DNA of 64,000 bases from an uncultured Bacilli bacterium (GCA_944363885.1 CALVVO010000002.1:9632-73631); one strand, 5' to 3'. Positions 9,668 to 20,120 are shown, counted from the first letter of the stretch. Notes: generated from the sequence alone by a model not told the origin. Translations and numbers: made by a program.

Positions 9668-11323
9668 CTACATTTTTTTTACTGACGTTTCATCATCAAC
9701 ATGTACATTATTCTTTTTTTCTTCAATTCTATTATAAAGCAATTGTAAATCTTCAATCTTAATATCACCACTAATCAATTGTTCTTTCCAAGAAAATTCA
9801 GGAAGATGTAACATTTGTTTAATTAATCTAGAACCATTTGGCAAAACTGGATTAATCATATTCGAAATATTTGCCATCATATAAGTACAAGTATAAGTTG
9901 TATTATTAAAATCATCAATATTTTCCTTAACTTGAATCCAAGGTTGTTTACTATCATAATACTTATTTGCCATACTGATATACTCAATCATCTGTCCAAC
10001 AGCATTTTTAATTTCGCCCTTTTCAAAATATTCACCAATCAACTGATACGTTTTTTGAGTTAACTCTTTAACAGACTCATCAATTATACCTTCTTTAATA
10101 TTACCATCAAATTTTTTTGCAATAAATGACAAATTCCTATTAACAAAATTACCAAGCATTCCAACTAAAAATTTATTATGAGTTTGAACAATATCATCAA
10201 TCGAACAATTAACATCATTTGTTTCTGGACCTTTAAAAGCAAAGTAAAATCTTACTGTATCACTACCAAACATTTCAAGTAATTCATTTGCAGTAATCAA
10301 ATTACCTTTAGACTTACTCATCTTCTCATTATTTAAGTTGACATAAGCCGAAGAAACAATATAATCTGGCAATCTATAATTGTTCTTCAATGAAGCTAGG
10401 ATAGCAGGATAAATTGTCGTATGAAAAGGAATATTATCTTTTCCATGAACATAATAAGTTTTTAAATTTTCATTGTCATCTGACATAAACTTATCAAAAT
10501 CAATTCCCCTTTTTTCTGCTACCTCTTTGCCCACAGACAAATAACCTAAAACGGCTTCAAACCAAACATAAATTCTCTTATCTTCATAACCGGGAACAGG
10601 AACAGGAACACCCCAGTCCAACTGACGAGTTGCAGCACGATCTACAAGACCCATATCTATATATTTTTGAGCTTCACCCAAAGCATTTTTTCTCCAAGTA
10701 AACTTATTTTTATTAATCAAATCTTGCAAAACACCTTCAAATTTTGGCAATGTAAAATATAAATGTTTATTAGGTCTAGAAGTAGTTAATTGTCCACATT
10801 TAATACAATGTTTATCCAAAACTTCAGAACTATTTAAAGAATGATTACATTGTTCACACTGATCTCCAGTACTTTTTCCTCCACAATACGGACAAGTTCC
10901 TGAAATTTCTCTATCTGCTAAAAACTTTTGACAAGTTTCACAATAATCTTCCATTTCTTCTTTTTCATAAATATAACCGTTATCCATCATTCTTTTAAAT
11001 TGTTCCATTACATATGCCTTATGATGTTCACTCATAGTTGTTGAATATTCATCATATTCAAACCCCAAATTATCAAATGTTTTTTTAAATTCATTATGAT
11101 AATGAGTTGCAATCTCACTAGGAGAAACGCCTTCTTTTCTAGCTCTTTCCGTAATCGGTGTTCCATGACAATCAGAACCGGAAACATAAATGACATTATC
11201 CCCTTTTCCTCTAAAATATTTTGCTAAAATATCCCCAGGTAACAAAGCAGCCAAATGACCTACATGTAAATAATAATTTGCATAAGGCCATGCTCCTCCT
11301 ATAAAAATATCTCTTTTAGCCAT
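9668..11323 (-). CDS. metG: methionyl-tRNA synthetase (short form lacking the C-terminal tRNA-binding domain)
   Basis: 551 aa with HLGH (HIGH-type) and KMSKS motifs and a Cys4 zinc knuckle (CETCQ...CPYC). Confidence 0.9.
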   Translation of the reverse strand: MAKRDIFIGGAWPYANYYLHVGHLAALLPGDILAKYFRGKGDNVIYVSGSDCHGTPITERARKEGVSPSEIATHYHNEFKKTFDNLGFEYDEYSTTMSEHHKAYVMEQFKRMMDNGYIYEKEEMEDYCETCQKFLADREISGTCPYCGGKSTGDQCEQCNHSLNSSEVLDKHCIKCGQLTTSRPNKHLYFTLPKFEGVLQDLINKNKFTWRKNALGEAQKYIDMGLVDRAATRQLDWGVPVPVPGYEDKRIYVWFEAVLGYLSVGKEVAEKRGIDFDKFMSDDNENLKTYYVHGKDNIPFHTTIYPAILASLKNNYRLPDYIVSSAYVNLNNEKMSKSKGNLITANELLEMFGSDTVRFYFAFKGPETNDVNCSIDDIVQTHNKFLVGMLGNFVNRNLSFIAKKFDGNIKEGIIDESVKELTQKTYQLIGEYFEKGEIKNAVGQMIEYISMANKYYDSKQPWIQVKENIDDFNNTTYTCTYMMANISNMINPVLPNGSRLIKQMLHLPEFSWKEQLISGDIKIEDLQLLYNRIEEKKNNVHVDDETSVKKM

Positions 11324-11423
11324 AAAAGCCTCCTCACTTATTCACAATATTATACCAATTTCCTTATATTAATGCAATAATTCAATCAAAATACATACAA
11401 ATTCAGTAAAATTTAACTCAATA

Positions 11424-12113
11424 TTACCTAACAATAAATCTATTAATAGCTTTTGTTTTTATTAATCCTTTTTGAGCTTCTTCTAAAGTTACATAATTTG
11501 CTATTACTTCAAGCAATTTATTATAGATTGCCTTTTCATATCTACTATCACTTTTAATGATTTCTAATATTTTTTGTTTTTGTTTAGGTGTTAAATAACC
11601 CCACACCATTACTTCAGCATTTTTTGCAATATATTCAAACGATTCTTCAATTGGTTCACCGCCCAAAACCAAAGCATCATTTTTTTCATCTGCATTTAAC
11701 CAAAATAGATTTACATTTTCATCGCTTGTTTCTCTTCTTTGCCTTTCAATTTGAGCATCATAAAATTCAACTGCTTCATAAATTTTACGAGCTGAATTTC
11801 CACCAATACCACGAAGTTTTGTCACAGAATTATTGCCTTTTGAATCAACATGAGAAAGCATGTGTTTTATTGAAGCAATATCATAATCTTCCAATTTCCT
11901 ACTAAGCGCGTTACAACCAGGCACTAATGGATTAAACACTAATAATTTATCTCCCGTAATTTCCACATCAGTTCTACTTGGAAAATAATCTTCAAAATTC
12001 CCAAATTCAAATATCTTAAAATCTTTATCTTTAGAATTTAATTTATCTAACCTTATTTTCACACCTTGCAACCAGTTCAAAAGATACTCACTACGAACTT
12101 CATGTTGTTCCAA
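11424..12113 (-). CDS. hypothetical protein with helix-hairpin-helix motif; 5' end uncertain or frameshifted
   Basis: 229 aa from a TTG start. LRGIGGNSARKIY is an HhH motif. Coding continues upstream without a start codon and in a second frame (12114-12296). Confidence 0.4.
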   Translation of the reverse strand: MEQHEVRSEYLLNWLQGVKIRLDKLNSKDKDFKIFEFGNFEDYFPSRTDVEITGDKLLVFNPLVPGCNALSRKLEDYDIASIKHMLSHVDSKGNNSVTKLRGIGGNSARKIYEAVEFYDAQIERQRRETSDENVNLFWLNADEKNDALVLGGEPIEESFEYIAKNAEVMVWGYLTPKQKQKILEIIKSDSRYEKAIYNKLLEVIANYVTLEEAQKGLIKTKAINRFIVR

Positions 12114-12335
12114 AACTTGCTTTAATTTTCCAAAATCCTTTATATTATACTTTTTAATAATTTTATAGGCTTCATCGCAGACTTATTACCATAATGCATT
12201 TGCCAATATAAATCTTCTAAAAATTCATTTATCGAAATCTGTTCTAACCTTACCGTATTTTTCCCCCTTAAATCTTCTTTAATTATACCATAATTATCGT
12301 TAATTTACAAATTACAAAGATTATTTCATAGTTAT

Positions 12336-13340
12336 CTAAACCTTTTTCATAACAAAATTATTTATTAAATTTGCAAGAACTATCATATCTCGCTTTCTTC
12401 CAACACTAACTCTAAACCAATTTGAACCTAAATCAGGATAAAATTTAGAAACATTAGCCACTTTAACATTATTATTTAACAAAAACAATTCTAAATCATC
12501 TGTAAGAACACAATCTTTAAATTTAACAAGCACAAAAGAACCATTATTTTTAACTATTTTTTCAACACAATCCTTATTAAGTTTATTTATAAACAACTCA
12601 AAATTATTACAAAACTTATTCCTATCAATTTCAAAAAATGACTTTCCCAAATCATCTAGAATACTATTAGTCATTATATTTGATGAAAATATCAAATTAT
12701 TTTTCTTTATTTTGTACAACAACATTTCATTAGAAAACATTAAACCCAATCTTAAACCAGGAATATTAAAAATTTTAGAACAAGACAAAATAACAGTCAA
12801 ATTATCAAACTTAGAAACATACCTAAATAATGTTTTTTCGTAAAATTTTGGATCAAAAGCCAAAACAGTTTCATCTACAACAAAATGACATTTAGAACAT
12901 TTTTTAACAATATCCAAAAAATCATCTACATTAATATCACTTAAAGTAGGATTATTAGGGTTACAAATATAAATCAATTCACATCTCTTAGCCAAATTTT
13001 CAATTTGACTATAATCATATTGAAACAAATCAATCATATTTTCTTCTATAATTTTACAATTATTAGTTTTAGCAAGTTCTTTCATTCCCCAAAAAGTCGG
13101 ATTCAAAAAGCCAATTTTTTTAAAATTTCCATACTTTAAAATCATATCAAAAGCCCCAAGTGTTCCAAGTGACAAAAACACATTTTTATAACTAATATCA
13201 AAATAATTTGAAATTATTTTTTCATACTCATCAGCAGTTTTATCAGGATAAATACAAACATTATTAACAGACTTTCTTAAATGATATTTCATTTTCTTAG
13301 TAGGAAAATAAGGGTTAGTATTTTTAGACAAATCAATCAT
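12336..13340 (-). CDS. class I/II PLP-dependent aminotransferase (HisC/CobD-like)
   Basis: 334 aa. IDLSKNTNPYFP N-terminus of the HisC/CobD type and an SCSK...GLRLG PLP-lysine region. Its start overlaps the upstream gene by 8 nt. Confidence 0.7.
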   Translation of the reverse strand: MIDLSKNTNPYFPTKKMKYHLRKSVNNVCIYPDKTADEYEKIISNYFDISYKNVFLSLGTLGAFDMILKYGNFKKIGFLNPTFWGMKELAKTNNCKIIEENMIDLFQYDYSQIENLAKRCELIYICNPNNPTLSDINVDDFLDIVKKCSKCHFVVDETVLAFDPKFYEKTLFRYVSKFDNLTVILSCSKIFNIPGLRLGLMFSNEMLLYKIKKNNLIFSSNIMTNSILDDLGKSFFEIDRNKFCNNFELFINKLNKDCVEKIVKNNGSFVLVKFKDCVLTDDLELFLLNNNVKVANVSKFYPDLGSNWFRVSVGRKRDMIVLANLINNFVMKKV

Positions 13341-13968
13341 TTAATACCTCCCTTATTTTTTCTCTCAAATATTTTTCTTTTTCTAAATAATTTTTCTTAT
13401 AGCCTAAAAACATTTCACCTTCAGCACCAGTAAATTTATTCCTATAAAAACAACTCAAAATTTCATCTTCAGATTTATCAATAATATTAAAGTACCTACA
13501 TACAACATCCACCATAATTTTAAATGCCTTTTTCTCATACTCAGCAACACTAAAACCAATAGTAACATGATCCGTAGTTAAAATATTAAATAACAATCGT
13601 TTTTTCATTTCTTTAGATGATAAAAATTCTTTACTTTTAACTATATCATTTATAACAACTTTACCATCCTTATAAAACGGAGGATTATTTATCGTATCTA
13701 CAAGTTCATTAAATGTATAAACTAATTTATTTTCATGAGGAATTTCTTCATCTATTTTTAAATTATGACTTCTATGAAAATCAATAGTTTTTTTAATAAT
13801 ATCTCCGATTATTTCAACATCTTTATCATCAATAATAACACAAGCATCCAAATCACTACTACTCTCATTATATATATTTGATCCATAAATAATAACAGAC
13901 CTTATTTTATTAGGAAAACAATTATTAAGCATATCATAATAACTTTCACACAACTTATTCATCAACAA
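13333..13968 (-). CDS. nucleotidyltransferase-domain protein (Pol-beta superfamily, ANT/LinB-like fold)
   Basis: 211 aa with the YGSNIYNESSSDLDACVI motif (G-S...D-x-D). Overlaps both neighbours, indicating translational coupling. Confidence 0.55.
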   Translation of the reverse strand: MLMNKLCESYYDMLNNCFPNKIRSVIIYGSNIYNESSSDLDACVIIDDKDVEIIGDIIKKTIDFHRSHNLKIDEEIPHENKLVYTFNELVDTINNPPFYKDGKVVINDIVKSKEFLSSKEMKKRLLFNILTTDHVTIGFSVAEYEKKAFKIMVDVVCRYFNIIDKSEDEILSCFYRNKFTGAEGEMFLGYKKNYLEKEKYLREKIREVLND

Positions 13969-15433
13969 TCTCCTTAGCTAAAATCCTTATATGATCTAAC
14001 ATATTATTTATATCTTCCCCAGTTATATTATCGTTTCCTGACATATATCTAAGTGGAATTAAATTAACATCTTTTTCAAAAACACCCTTACTATCAGGGA
14101 GAGAAAATTTATGCAAATAATACTTTCCCTCTTTAAGCAGTCTTTCATACAAAGCAAGATTCAATTCATTCAATTTATCAACCATACTAGAATTTAAATT
14201 ACTTTTATCACCAACATACATAAAAACAACTGAATTAATATTCACATCATTAATCATTACAAAATCTTCACTATTATTTATTTGATTTTCGAGATATTTT
14301 GCCATTTCACATCTTCTATCAATTATCTTTTCATAACCATTAATACCTATACTTTTCATAGCAAACCATAATTTCAAAGAAATCCAACTTTTAGAACCGA
14401 TAAAAGGTGTTACCTGACCATAAGCAAAGTCCTCTTGCATAATCAAATCAGAAGTTGAAGAAACAAGTTTCAATTTTTCGGGATTTTTTAATAACAAAGC
14501 ACTTATACAATATGGTATTGCTAATACTTTATGAGGATCAGTCGAAATACTATCAAATAAATTTATACCCCTTATTTTATCTTTTAATTTACTTGAAAAA
14601 GCCAAAGAAAATCCATGACAAGCATCAGCATGTAACCATATATTTTCATCAACGTCTTTAACTATTTTATATATTTCTTCCAAATTATCTATTGTCATTG
14701 TACGACTATCGCCAACATAAGCAACCACGCACATAACATGTCCCTTATTTTCTACTAAAGTTCTTTTTAATTCATCTAAATCATATTTAAAATCCTTAGT
14801 TTCAACCTCAATAACATTATCTCCACAGCCAATCCACATACAAGCACTTTTAATACTATAATGCCCTATACCTTTGGGAATAATAACCTTAAAATCTTCT
14901 GGATTATTCACACCGGTAAACATAGTATTTTTTCTAAAATTTTCTCTTGCTAGCAACATAGCAGTAGTGTTACTACCAGTCCCACCATAAGTAATAATAC
15001 CACCAGAATCAAAGACACTTTTAATGGGAACAATTTCATAACCAACTAACTCTCTTAACCATTTTATAACAGCAAACTCCATAAACGTTGCAATAGGAGC
15101 ACAAAAAGTAGAATTAATCAAATTTTGCTGCATAAAATCAGATACAATCGCACCTGAAATTCCAGCTATTGAATTACCCGCATCAGGAAATCCCATAAAA
15201 TTTTCATTTGAAAAATTAGTACAATACGGAACAATTTCATCATTAAACTCAGTTAAAACCTCCATAGGATTTGATCCATCAGAAGGCAATAACAAAAGTT
15301 TTTCTAAATCTGTCACGTTAAAATTTTTCTCTTTAACACTACCATTCAACTTAAAATCAATACCAATTTCAACTGCTTTTTCAAAACATTTTCTAGCATA
15401 TTCTTCATTATCAACATTTAAAATTTCTTTCAT
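13955..15433 (-). CDS. PLP-dependent group II amino-acid decarboxylase
   Basis: 492 aa with an S-x-D-x-H-K PLP site (STDPHKVL) and the HADACHG motif of glutamate/tyrosine-type decarboxylases. Confidence 0.7.
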   Translation of the reverse strand: MKEILNVDNEEYARKCFEKAVEIGIDFKLNGSVKEKNFNVTDLEKLLLLPSDGSNPMEVLTEFNDEIVPYCTNFSNENFMGFPDAGNSIAGISGAIVSDFMQQNLINSTFCAPIATFMEFAVIKWLRELVGYEIVPIKSVFDSGGIITYGGTGSNTTAMLLARENFRKNTMFTGVNNPEDFKVIIPKGIGHYSIKSACMWIGCGDNVIEVETKDFKYDLDELKRTLVENKGHVMCVVAYVGDSRTMTIDNLEEIYKIVKDVDENIWLHADACHGFSLAFSSKLKDKIRGINLFDSISTDPHKVLAIPYCISALLLKNPEKLKLVSSTSDLIMQEDFAYGQVTPFIGSKSWISLKLWFAMKSIGINGYEKIIDRRCEMAKYLENQINNSEDFVMINDVNINSVVFMYVGDKSNLNSSMVDKLNELNLALYERLLKEGKYYLHKFSLPDSKGVFEKDVNLIPLRYMSGNDNITGEDINNMLDHIRILAKEIVDE

Positions 15434-15445
15434 AAAATCCTCCTC

Positions 15446-16882
15446 TTATTTACTATTAAATTCCCTTATTCTTCGTTTAGCATATGTCGTTTTTGCCTTT
15501 TCTATCCAATCTTCTCTAGGTCCAAAGGACAACTCATCAGTAACAATTCTAACTCTATCCTTACTATGAAGAACATAATCCACCGGGACATATTCATCAT
15601 TAACATAAGCACCAACCATAGTGTTACCAACTTCCGTATGTATTTTATAAGCAAAATCTATAGCTGTAGCTCCTTTAGGCAATTCAATCACATCACCCTT
15701 TGTGGTATACACATATATTCTATCAGAAAAAAGTTCAAATTTTACTTGTCTAACAAAATCTTGATTATCTCCAAAAACAGCATTTATTTCAACTAACGAT
15801 CTAAAAAATTGAAACTTATCTTTTAAATCTTTTTGCATAGCATTTCTTGCATTACCTTTTTCCAAATCCCAATATGCAGTTAATCCAAACGAAGCAACAT
15901 AATCCATATCAAAAGTCCTTATTTGAGTTTGAACCAATCTATCTTCAGGACCAAACACAGTTGTATGCAAACTTCTATACATATTAGTTTTTGGATTAGA
16001 TATATAATCTTTGAATTTATCATTTATTGGATGGTACTGACTATGAATTACTCCTAAAGAACAATAACAATTCATTATGTCATCCACCATTATCTTCAAC
16101 GCAAATAAATCATGTATATCAGATAATTTACTACCTTCACTAAGCCTTTTATAAATTCCATAAATATTTTTGGTTCTAATTTTAATTTCATTTGGAATGT
16201 TTTTATCACTTAATAAAGTTTGAATATGACTTAACATTTCCTGCAAACAACACTGACTATCAAGTTCTATTTTTGATTTCTTCTCTTCTATTTGTTTATA
16301 CATATCAGGTTTCAAATATCGTAGTGATAAATCTTCTAATTCAGACTTAATCCTATATGCCCCTATATAATAAGCAATCGGGACAAAAATTTCCATTGTT
16401 TCTAAAGCATTTTCTTTTTGTTTAAATTCACTTTTAAATTCTAACGTTCGCATGTTATGAAGTCTATCAGCTAATTTAATAATAACTATTCTAACATCTT
16501 CAGTAATACTAGTTATTATCTTTCTTGTATTAGCATAACTCTGTGCTTGCTTAGAAGAAAAATTCATTTTAGACAATTTAGTCACACCATCAACCAAATT
16601 TGCAACATCCTGATTAAAATTATATGCAATATCTTCTTTAGATATATTACAATCCTCCAGCGTATCATGTAAAAGAGCAGCGCACAAAGTATCACCATCA
16701 GCATGCATCTCCGCCAAAATACATGCAACATTTAATGGATGCACTATATAAGGTTCGCCACTTTGCCGCAACTGTCCACTATGCAAAATTTTAGCATATT
16801 CAAATGCCTTTTTAACTCGTTCAATTTCTTCTTTATTATATTTTTCTACTAAAAGAAGCAATTTTTTTAGACCAGTTTCCAT
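15446..16882 (-). CDS. relA: bifunctional (p)ppGpp synthetase/hydrolase RelA/SpoT homologue (HD + synthetase + TGS, no ACT domain)
   Basis: HD motif HDTLED, synthetase domain, and a C-terminal TGS-like segment (RIYVYTTKGDVIELP). Start set at METGL, which follows a GGAGGTG RBS; the longer ORF in the track includes that RBS. Confidence 0.85.
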   Translation of the reverse strand: METGLKKLLLLVEKYNKEEIERVKKAFEYAKILHSGQLRQSGEPYIVHPLNVACILAEMHADGDTLCAALLHDTLEDCNISKEDIAYNFNQDVANLVDGVTKLSKMNFSSKQAQSYANTRKIITSITEDVRIVIIKLADRLHNMRTLEFKSEFKQKENALETMEIFVPIAYYIGAYRIKSELEDLSLRYLKPDMYKQIEEKKSKIELDSQCCLQEMLSHIQTLLSDKNIPNEIKIRTKNIYGIYKRLSEGSKLSDIHDLFALKIMVDDIMNCYCSLGVIHSQYHPINDKFKDYISNPKTNMYRSLHTTVFGPEDRLVQTQIRTFDMDYVASFGLTAYWDLEKGNARNAMQKDLKDKFQFFRSLVEINAVFGDNQDFVRQVKFELFSDRIYVYTTKGDVIELPKGATAIDFAYKIHTEVGNTMVGAYVNDEYVPVDYVLHSKDRVRIVTDELSFGPREDWIEKAKTTYAKRRIREFNSK

Positions 16883-16898
16883 ATATAACACCTCCATA

Positions 16899-16933
16899 CA
16901 ACAAAAAACAGCGACATGAATTATATCGCTGTT
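16899..16933 (-). terminator. rho-independent terminator downstream of cotE
   Basis: Hairpin acagcga...tcgctgt followed by a T-run on the minus strand, directly upstream of the relA RBS. Confidence 0.5.
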
Positions 16934-17176
16934 TCACTAACAATTTTCATCATTTTAAAAGAGCACATGCAAGCACAAACATCCATAATTTTTATTAAAT
17001 TAATTAAATTAAAGAAATTATACATTCTACCCATAACTTGCAAACTCCTTTTTAAATAATTTTCCTTGATTTTATTACTATTTTAAATATTTGTCAATAA
17101 CTTTTTTAAAGTTTGTTAATCTTTTTTAAAGTTTTAAAAAAAAACAAAATATTTGAACCAAATATTTTGTTTAAAA

Positions 17177-17728
17177 CTAATTTAAATAATCTTCATTTAC
17201 ATCATCTATTTCACTTATCACTTCATCAAGTTCTTCTTCACTCATAGTATCATCTAAAGTTTCATATTCTTCTTCATCATTATAAATAGCAATTTTTACT
17301 TTAGTATCACCAATAATTTCAATACCAAGTTCCTTTTCGACTACATACTTTATAACATTATCTTCACTACTAACTTCTACACAAGTAGGATTTTTAAGGC
17401 TCCTAATTATAATTTCAGAACTATCATTTAAATTACCATCATCTTTCAAACTTATATCAACATTATGTTCATAATTTATTCTCTTACTAGCAACATCGGT
17501 TTTTGTATTACCATCATAACTATACCAAATATTAACATCATAACTACCATTAATCTTAACTTTACCATTATTATTTTTACCACTCATTGTATGATTTATA
17601 ATCCAACAACCAAGTACAGTATCGACCTCATCTTCAAGAGCAATTTCATAATTATTTCTAAAAGTTTTTTTACCCTTACCAACAATTGCTTTAGTAACAA
17701 TTTCTTTAAACTTATTCACACATATCAC
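17177..17728 (-). CDS. cotE: spore-coat morphogenetic protein CotE
   Basis: 183 aa. EIVTKAIVGKGKK, LGCWIINH and VNIWYSYDGNTKTDV closely follow B. subtilis CotE. Acidic C-terminal tail. Confidence 0.8.
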   Translation of the reverse strand: MICVNKFKEIVTKAIVGKGKKTFRNNYEIALEDEVDTVLGCWIINHTMSGKNNNGKVKINGSYDVNIWYSYDGNTKTDVASKRINYEHNVDISLKDDGNLNDSSEIIIRSLKNPTCVEVSSEDNVIKYVVEKELGIEIIGDTKVKIAIYNDEEEYETLDDTMSEEELDEVISEIDDVNEDYLN

Positions 17729-17769
17729 CTAGTTTAATTTATGCAAAAAAACTAATTTATGTGCCTATC

Positions 17770-19173
17770 TTACTGAGCTAACACACCATCCATACTAAAA
17801 CTTTTAGTATCAGTTATTTTAACTTTTACAATTTGACCTATTAACTCATTCCCACCGACAACATTAACCAATTTCATATTTTCAGTGTACCCCATAACTT
17901 TATCTTCACCTTTTTCACTCTTACCCAAAACCAAAACATTTACTATTTTATCTAAGTATTTAGAGTTACCCATATTACTATACTTATTCACAACTTCGTT
18001 TAACCTATTAAGTCTTTCAAATTTTACATCTTCATCAACTTGATCTTTCATAATACTAGCAGGAGTATTTTCACGAGGAGAATAAGCAAAAGTAAACGCA
18101 CCATCAAACTTACACGTATTAACCAAGTCAAGAGTTTCATTAAAGTCTTCTTCCGTCTCACCAGGAAAACCAACAATAATATCAGTAGTTATGCTAACAC
18201 CTTCAATACTTCTAAGTTTATTATAAAGACTAATATAACTTTCCTTCGTATAACGTCTCCCCATTAATTTAAGAATCCTATTACTACCAGACTGAACAGG
18301 CAAATGAACATAAGGCATTACGTTAGGCAAATCTCTAATCGCACAAACCATTTCATCGGTAAAATCCCATGGATGACTAGTAACAAAGCGTATTCTTTCA
18401 ATACCAGTATCACTAACATCCTTCAAAAGATTAGCAAGAGTATAATTTTCATAAATATCTTTTCCATATGCATTCACATTTTGCCCCAAAAGAGTAACCT
18501 CTTTAAAGCCCTGTTTTTTTAGATTAACGACTTCCTCAACAATACTTTCCTTACTCCTACTCCTCTGCGCGCCTCTAGTATAAGGAACAATACAATAAGT
18601 ACAAAATTTATCACAACCAAGAATAATATCAACATAAGCAGTTATATTATTACTCCTTTTAAAAGGAAACCCCTCGCAAACATCACCATACTTACTAAAA
18701 ACTTCAATACTTTGTTTGCCACTAGTAACAGACTCATTAATAAGTTTTATAACATCTTCTATATTATGTGTACCAAATACAAAATTAACAAACTTATATT
18801 TATCTTTAAGTTCATTAGTAACACTTTCTTCCTGAGGCATACAACCACAAACACCAATAACCAAATCTTTTTTAGTTTCTTTCAAATGTTTAAGTTGACC
18901 CAAAAAGCCAAAAACCTTATTATGTGCATTTTCTCTAATCGCACATGTATTTATAATAACAACATCAGCATCAATATAATTTTTGCATGCAACAAAACCA
19001 TTTGATTCCAAAATTCCTTTAATCTTTTCAGTATCATGTTCATTCATCTGGCAGCCATAAGTCCTAATAAAATATTTTTTATTTTTCAAAACGCACTTTA
19101 CGTCTTCATAATTATAAACACTAAATTCCTTTTTATCCCTTTTTTTAGCTTCAATCATATTTGGTAGATTCAT
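17770..19173 (-). CDS. miaB: tRNA-i6A37 methylthiotransferase MiaB
   Basis: KKYFIRTYGCQMNEH N-terminal MTTase motif, CDKFCTYCIVP radical-SAM motif, C-terminal TRAM. Start set at MNLPN, which is preceded by a GGAG RBS. Confidence 0.9.
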   Translation of the reverse strand: MNLPNMIEAKKRDKKEFSVYNYEDVKCVLKNKKYFIRTYGCQMNEHDTEKIKGILESNGFVACKNYIDADVVIINTCAIRENAHNKVFGFLGQLKHLKETKKDLVIGVCGCMPQEESVTNELKDKYKFVNFVFGTHNIEDVIKLINESVTSGKQSIEVFSKYGDVCEGFPFKRSNNITAYVDIILGCDKFCTYCIVPYTRGAQRSRSKESIVEEVVNLKKQGFKEVTLLGQNVNAYGKDIYENYTLANLLKDVSDTGIERIRFVTSHPWDFTDEMVCAIRDLPNVMPYVHLPVQSGSNRILKLMGRRYTKESYISLYNKLRSIEGVSITTDIIVGFPGETEEDFNETLDLVNTCKFDGAFTFAYSPRENTPASIMKDQVDEDVKFERLNRLNEVVNKYSNMGNSKYLDKIVNVLVLGKSEKGEDKVMGYTENMKLVNVVGGNELIGQIVKVKITDTKSFSMDGVLAQ

Positions 19174-19256
19174 AAACTTCAACTCCGTTCCCAAAACATA
19201 CAAAAAAGTTTGCAAAAACATTTTACCAAATTTACTGAAAAAAGTCAGTATATAAC

Positions 19257-20084
19257 TTAAGAAAGACCATTATCATATAAATATTTAGACTTAAATTCCT
19301 CTATCATTCGATAAATACCATCATAATTTTTATTGGAATACAACAAAACGAGAGTTTTAACCCCATTAATTCCATCTACACTATATCTCCTATTTTGATA
19401 TTCATGCATTTGGCAATTTAGTTCCACGTTTATTTGTTGATACAATTCTGCATATTCTTCTTTACATTTAGTTCTTAAAAAGTCCATTTTCATATCATTT
19501 GGAACAAAGATTAATTTATCACATAAATCCTTCCCAAATATTTTTTGAAGTTCAATAGCAATTTTAACTTCATCTGAATAATTACAACAAGCAGTTTCAA
19601 TACCATATTTTAAAGAAAGTTCTCTAGTTTTCAGTTCTGTAAAAGCCTCACTAAGCATATCATTACCAGTTGCCCCACATAAATGCATAGTTTCATGCAA
19701 CGTAAACATTTCAAATACTTCCCTAGCCATCAAACCTGCAACAATTGCATATTCAAAAAAAGTAAAATAATTATTATCATTCACAATCTTATTTTCATCG
19801 CTAACAAATCTTCTATTTTTTTCAGTTGAAAATCTTTTATCAGTTTTTTTTAATTCTTCAATAATAGCATAATACTGTAAAGGGAAAATAATTTTTTCCT
19901 GTGAACTTGAATAAAAACAATTTATTCCCACTTCACCCATCAATACATTGCTTTCATTATTTAACAAATCACACAAATGTCTCACATGATCCGCCGGTAA
20001 TATTTCCTTATATTCTTGCAATATTATTTCTATACATTCTTTTACCTTTATTTCCAAGTATTTTATATCTTCAATTTTGCCCAC
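19257..20084 (-). CDS. hypothetical protein with HExxH motif (possible zinc metallopeptidase-like)
   Basis: 275 aa. LHETMHLCG...SEAF gives an HExxH plus a downstream E. No other similarity recognised. Confidence 0.4.
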   Translation of the reverse strand: MGKIEDIKYLEIKVKECIEIILQEYKEILPADHVRHLCDLLNNESNVLMGEVGINCFYSSSQEKIIFPLQYYAIIEELKKTDKRFSTEKNRRFVSDENKIVNDNNYFTFFEYAIVAGLMAREVFEMFTLHETMHLCGATGNDMLSEAFTELKTRELSLKYGIETACCNYSDEVKIAIELQKIFGKDLCDKLIFVPNDMKMDFLRTKCKEEYAELYQQINVELNCQMHEYQNRRYSVDGINGVKTLVLLYSNKNYDGIYRMIEEFKSKYLYDNGLS

Positions 20085-20120
20085 CGCTAAATCACCATAA
20101 AAATCATAACAAAATCAAAC

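Noticed and set aside
11324-11423. Longer N-terminal extensions in the ORF track (thrS from 29816, relA from 16897, tex from 46072, SPFH from 52285, VirD4-like from 57909, DUF1292 from 38883, PepSY from 33803)
   Set aside because: In each case an internal ATG with a good Shine-Dalgarno match gives the canonical family N-terminus. The upstream extension either contains the RBS itself or runs into a leader or terminator, so the shorter start was used.
16921-16986. 21-codon Cys-rich minus-strand ORF (MDVCACMCSFKMMKIVSETAI) between cotE and relA
   Set aside because: No RBS, and the stop codon lies inside the cotE terminator hairpin. Most likely a chance ORF in the 3' UTR.
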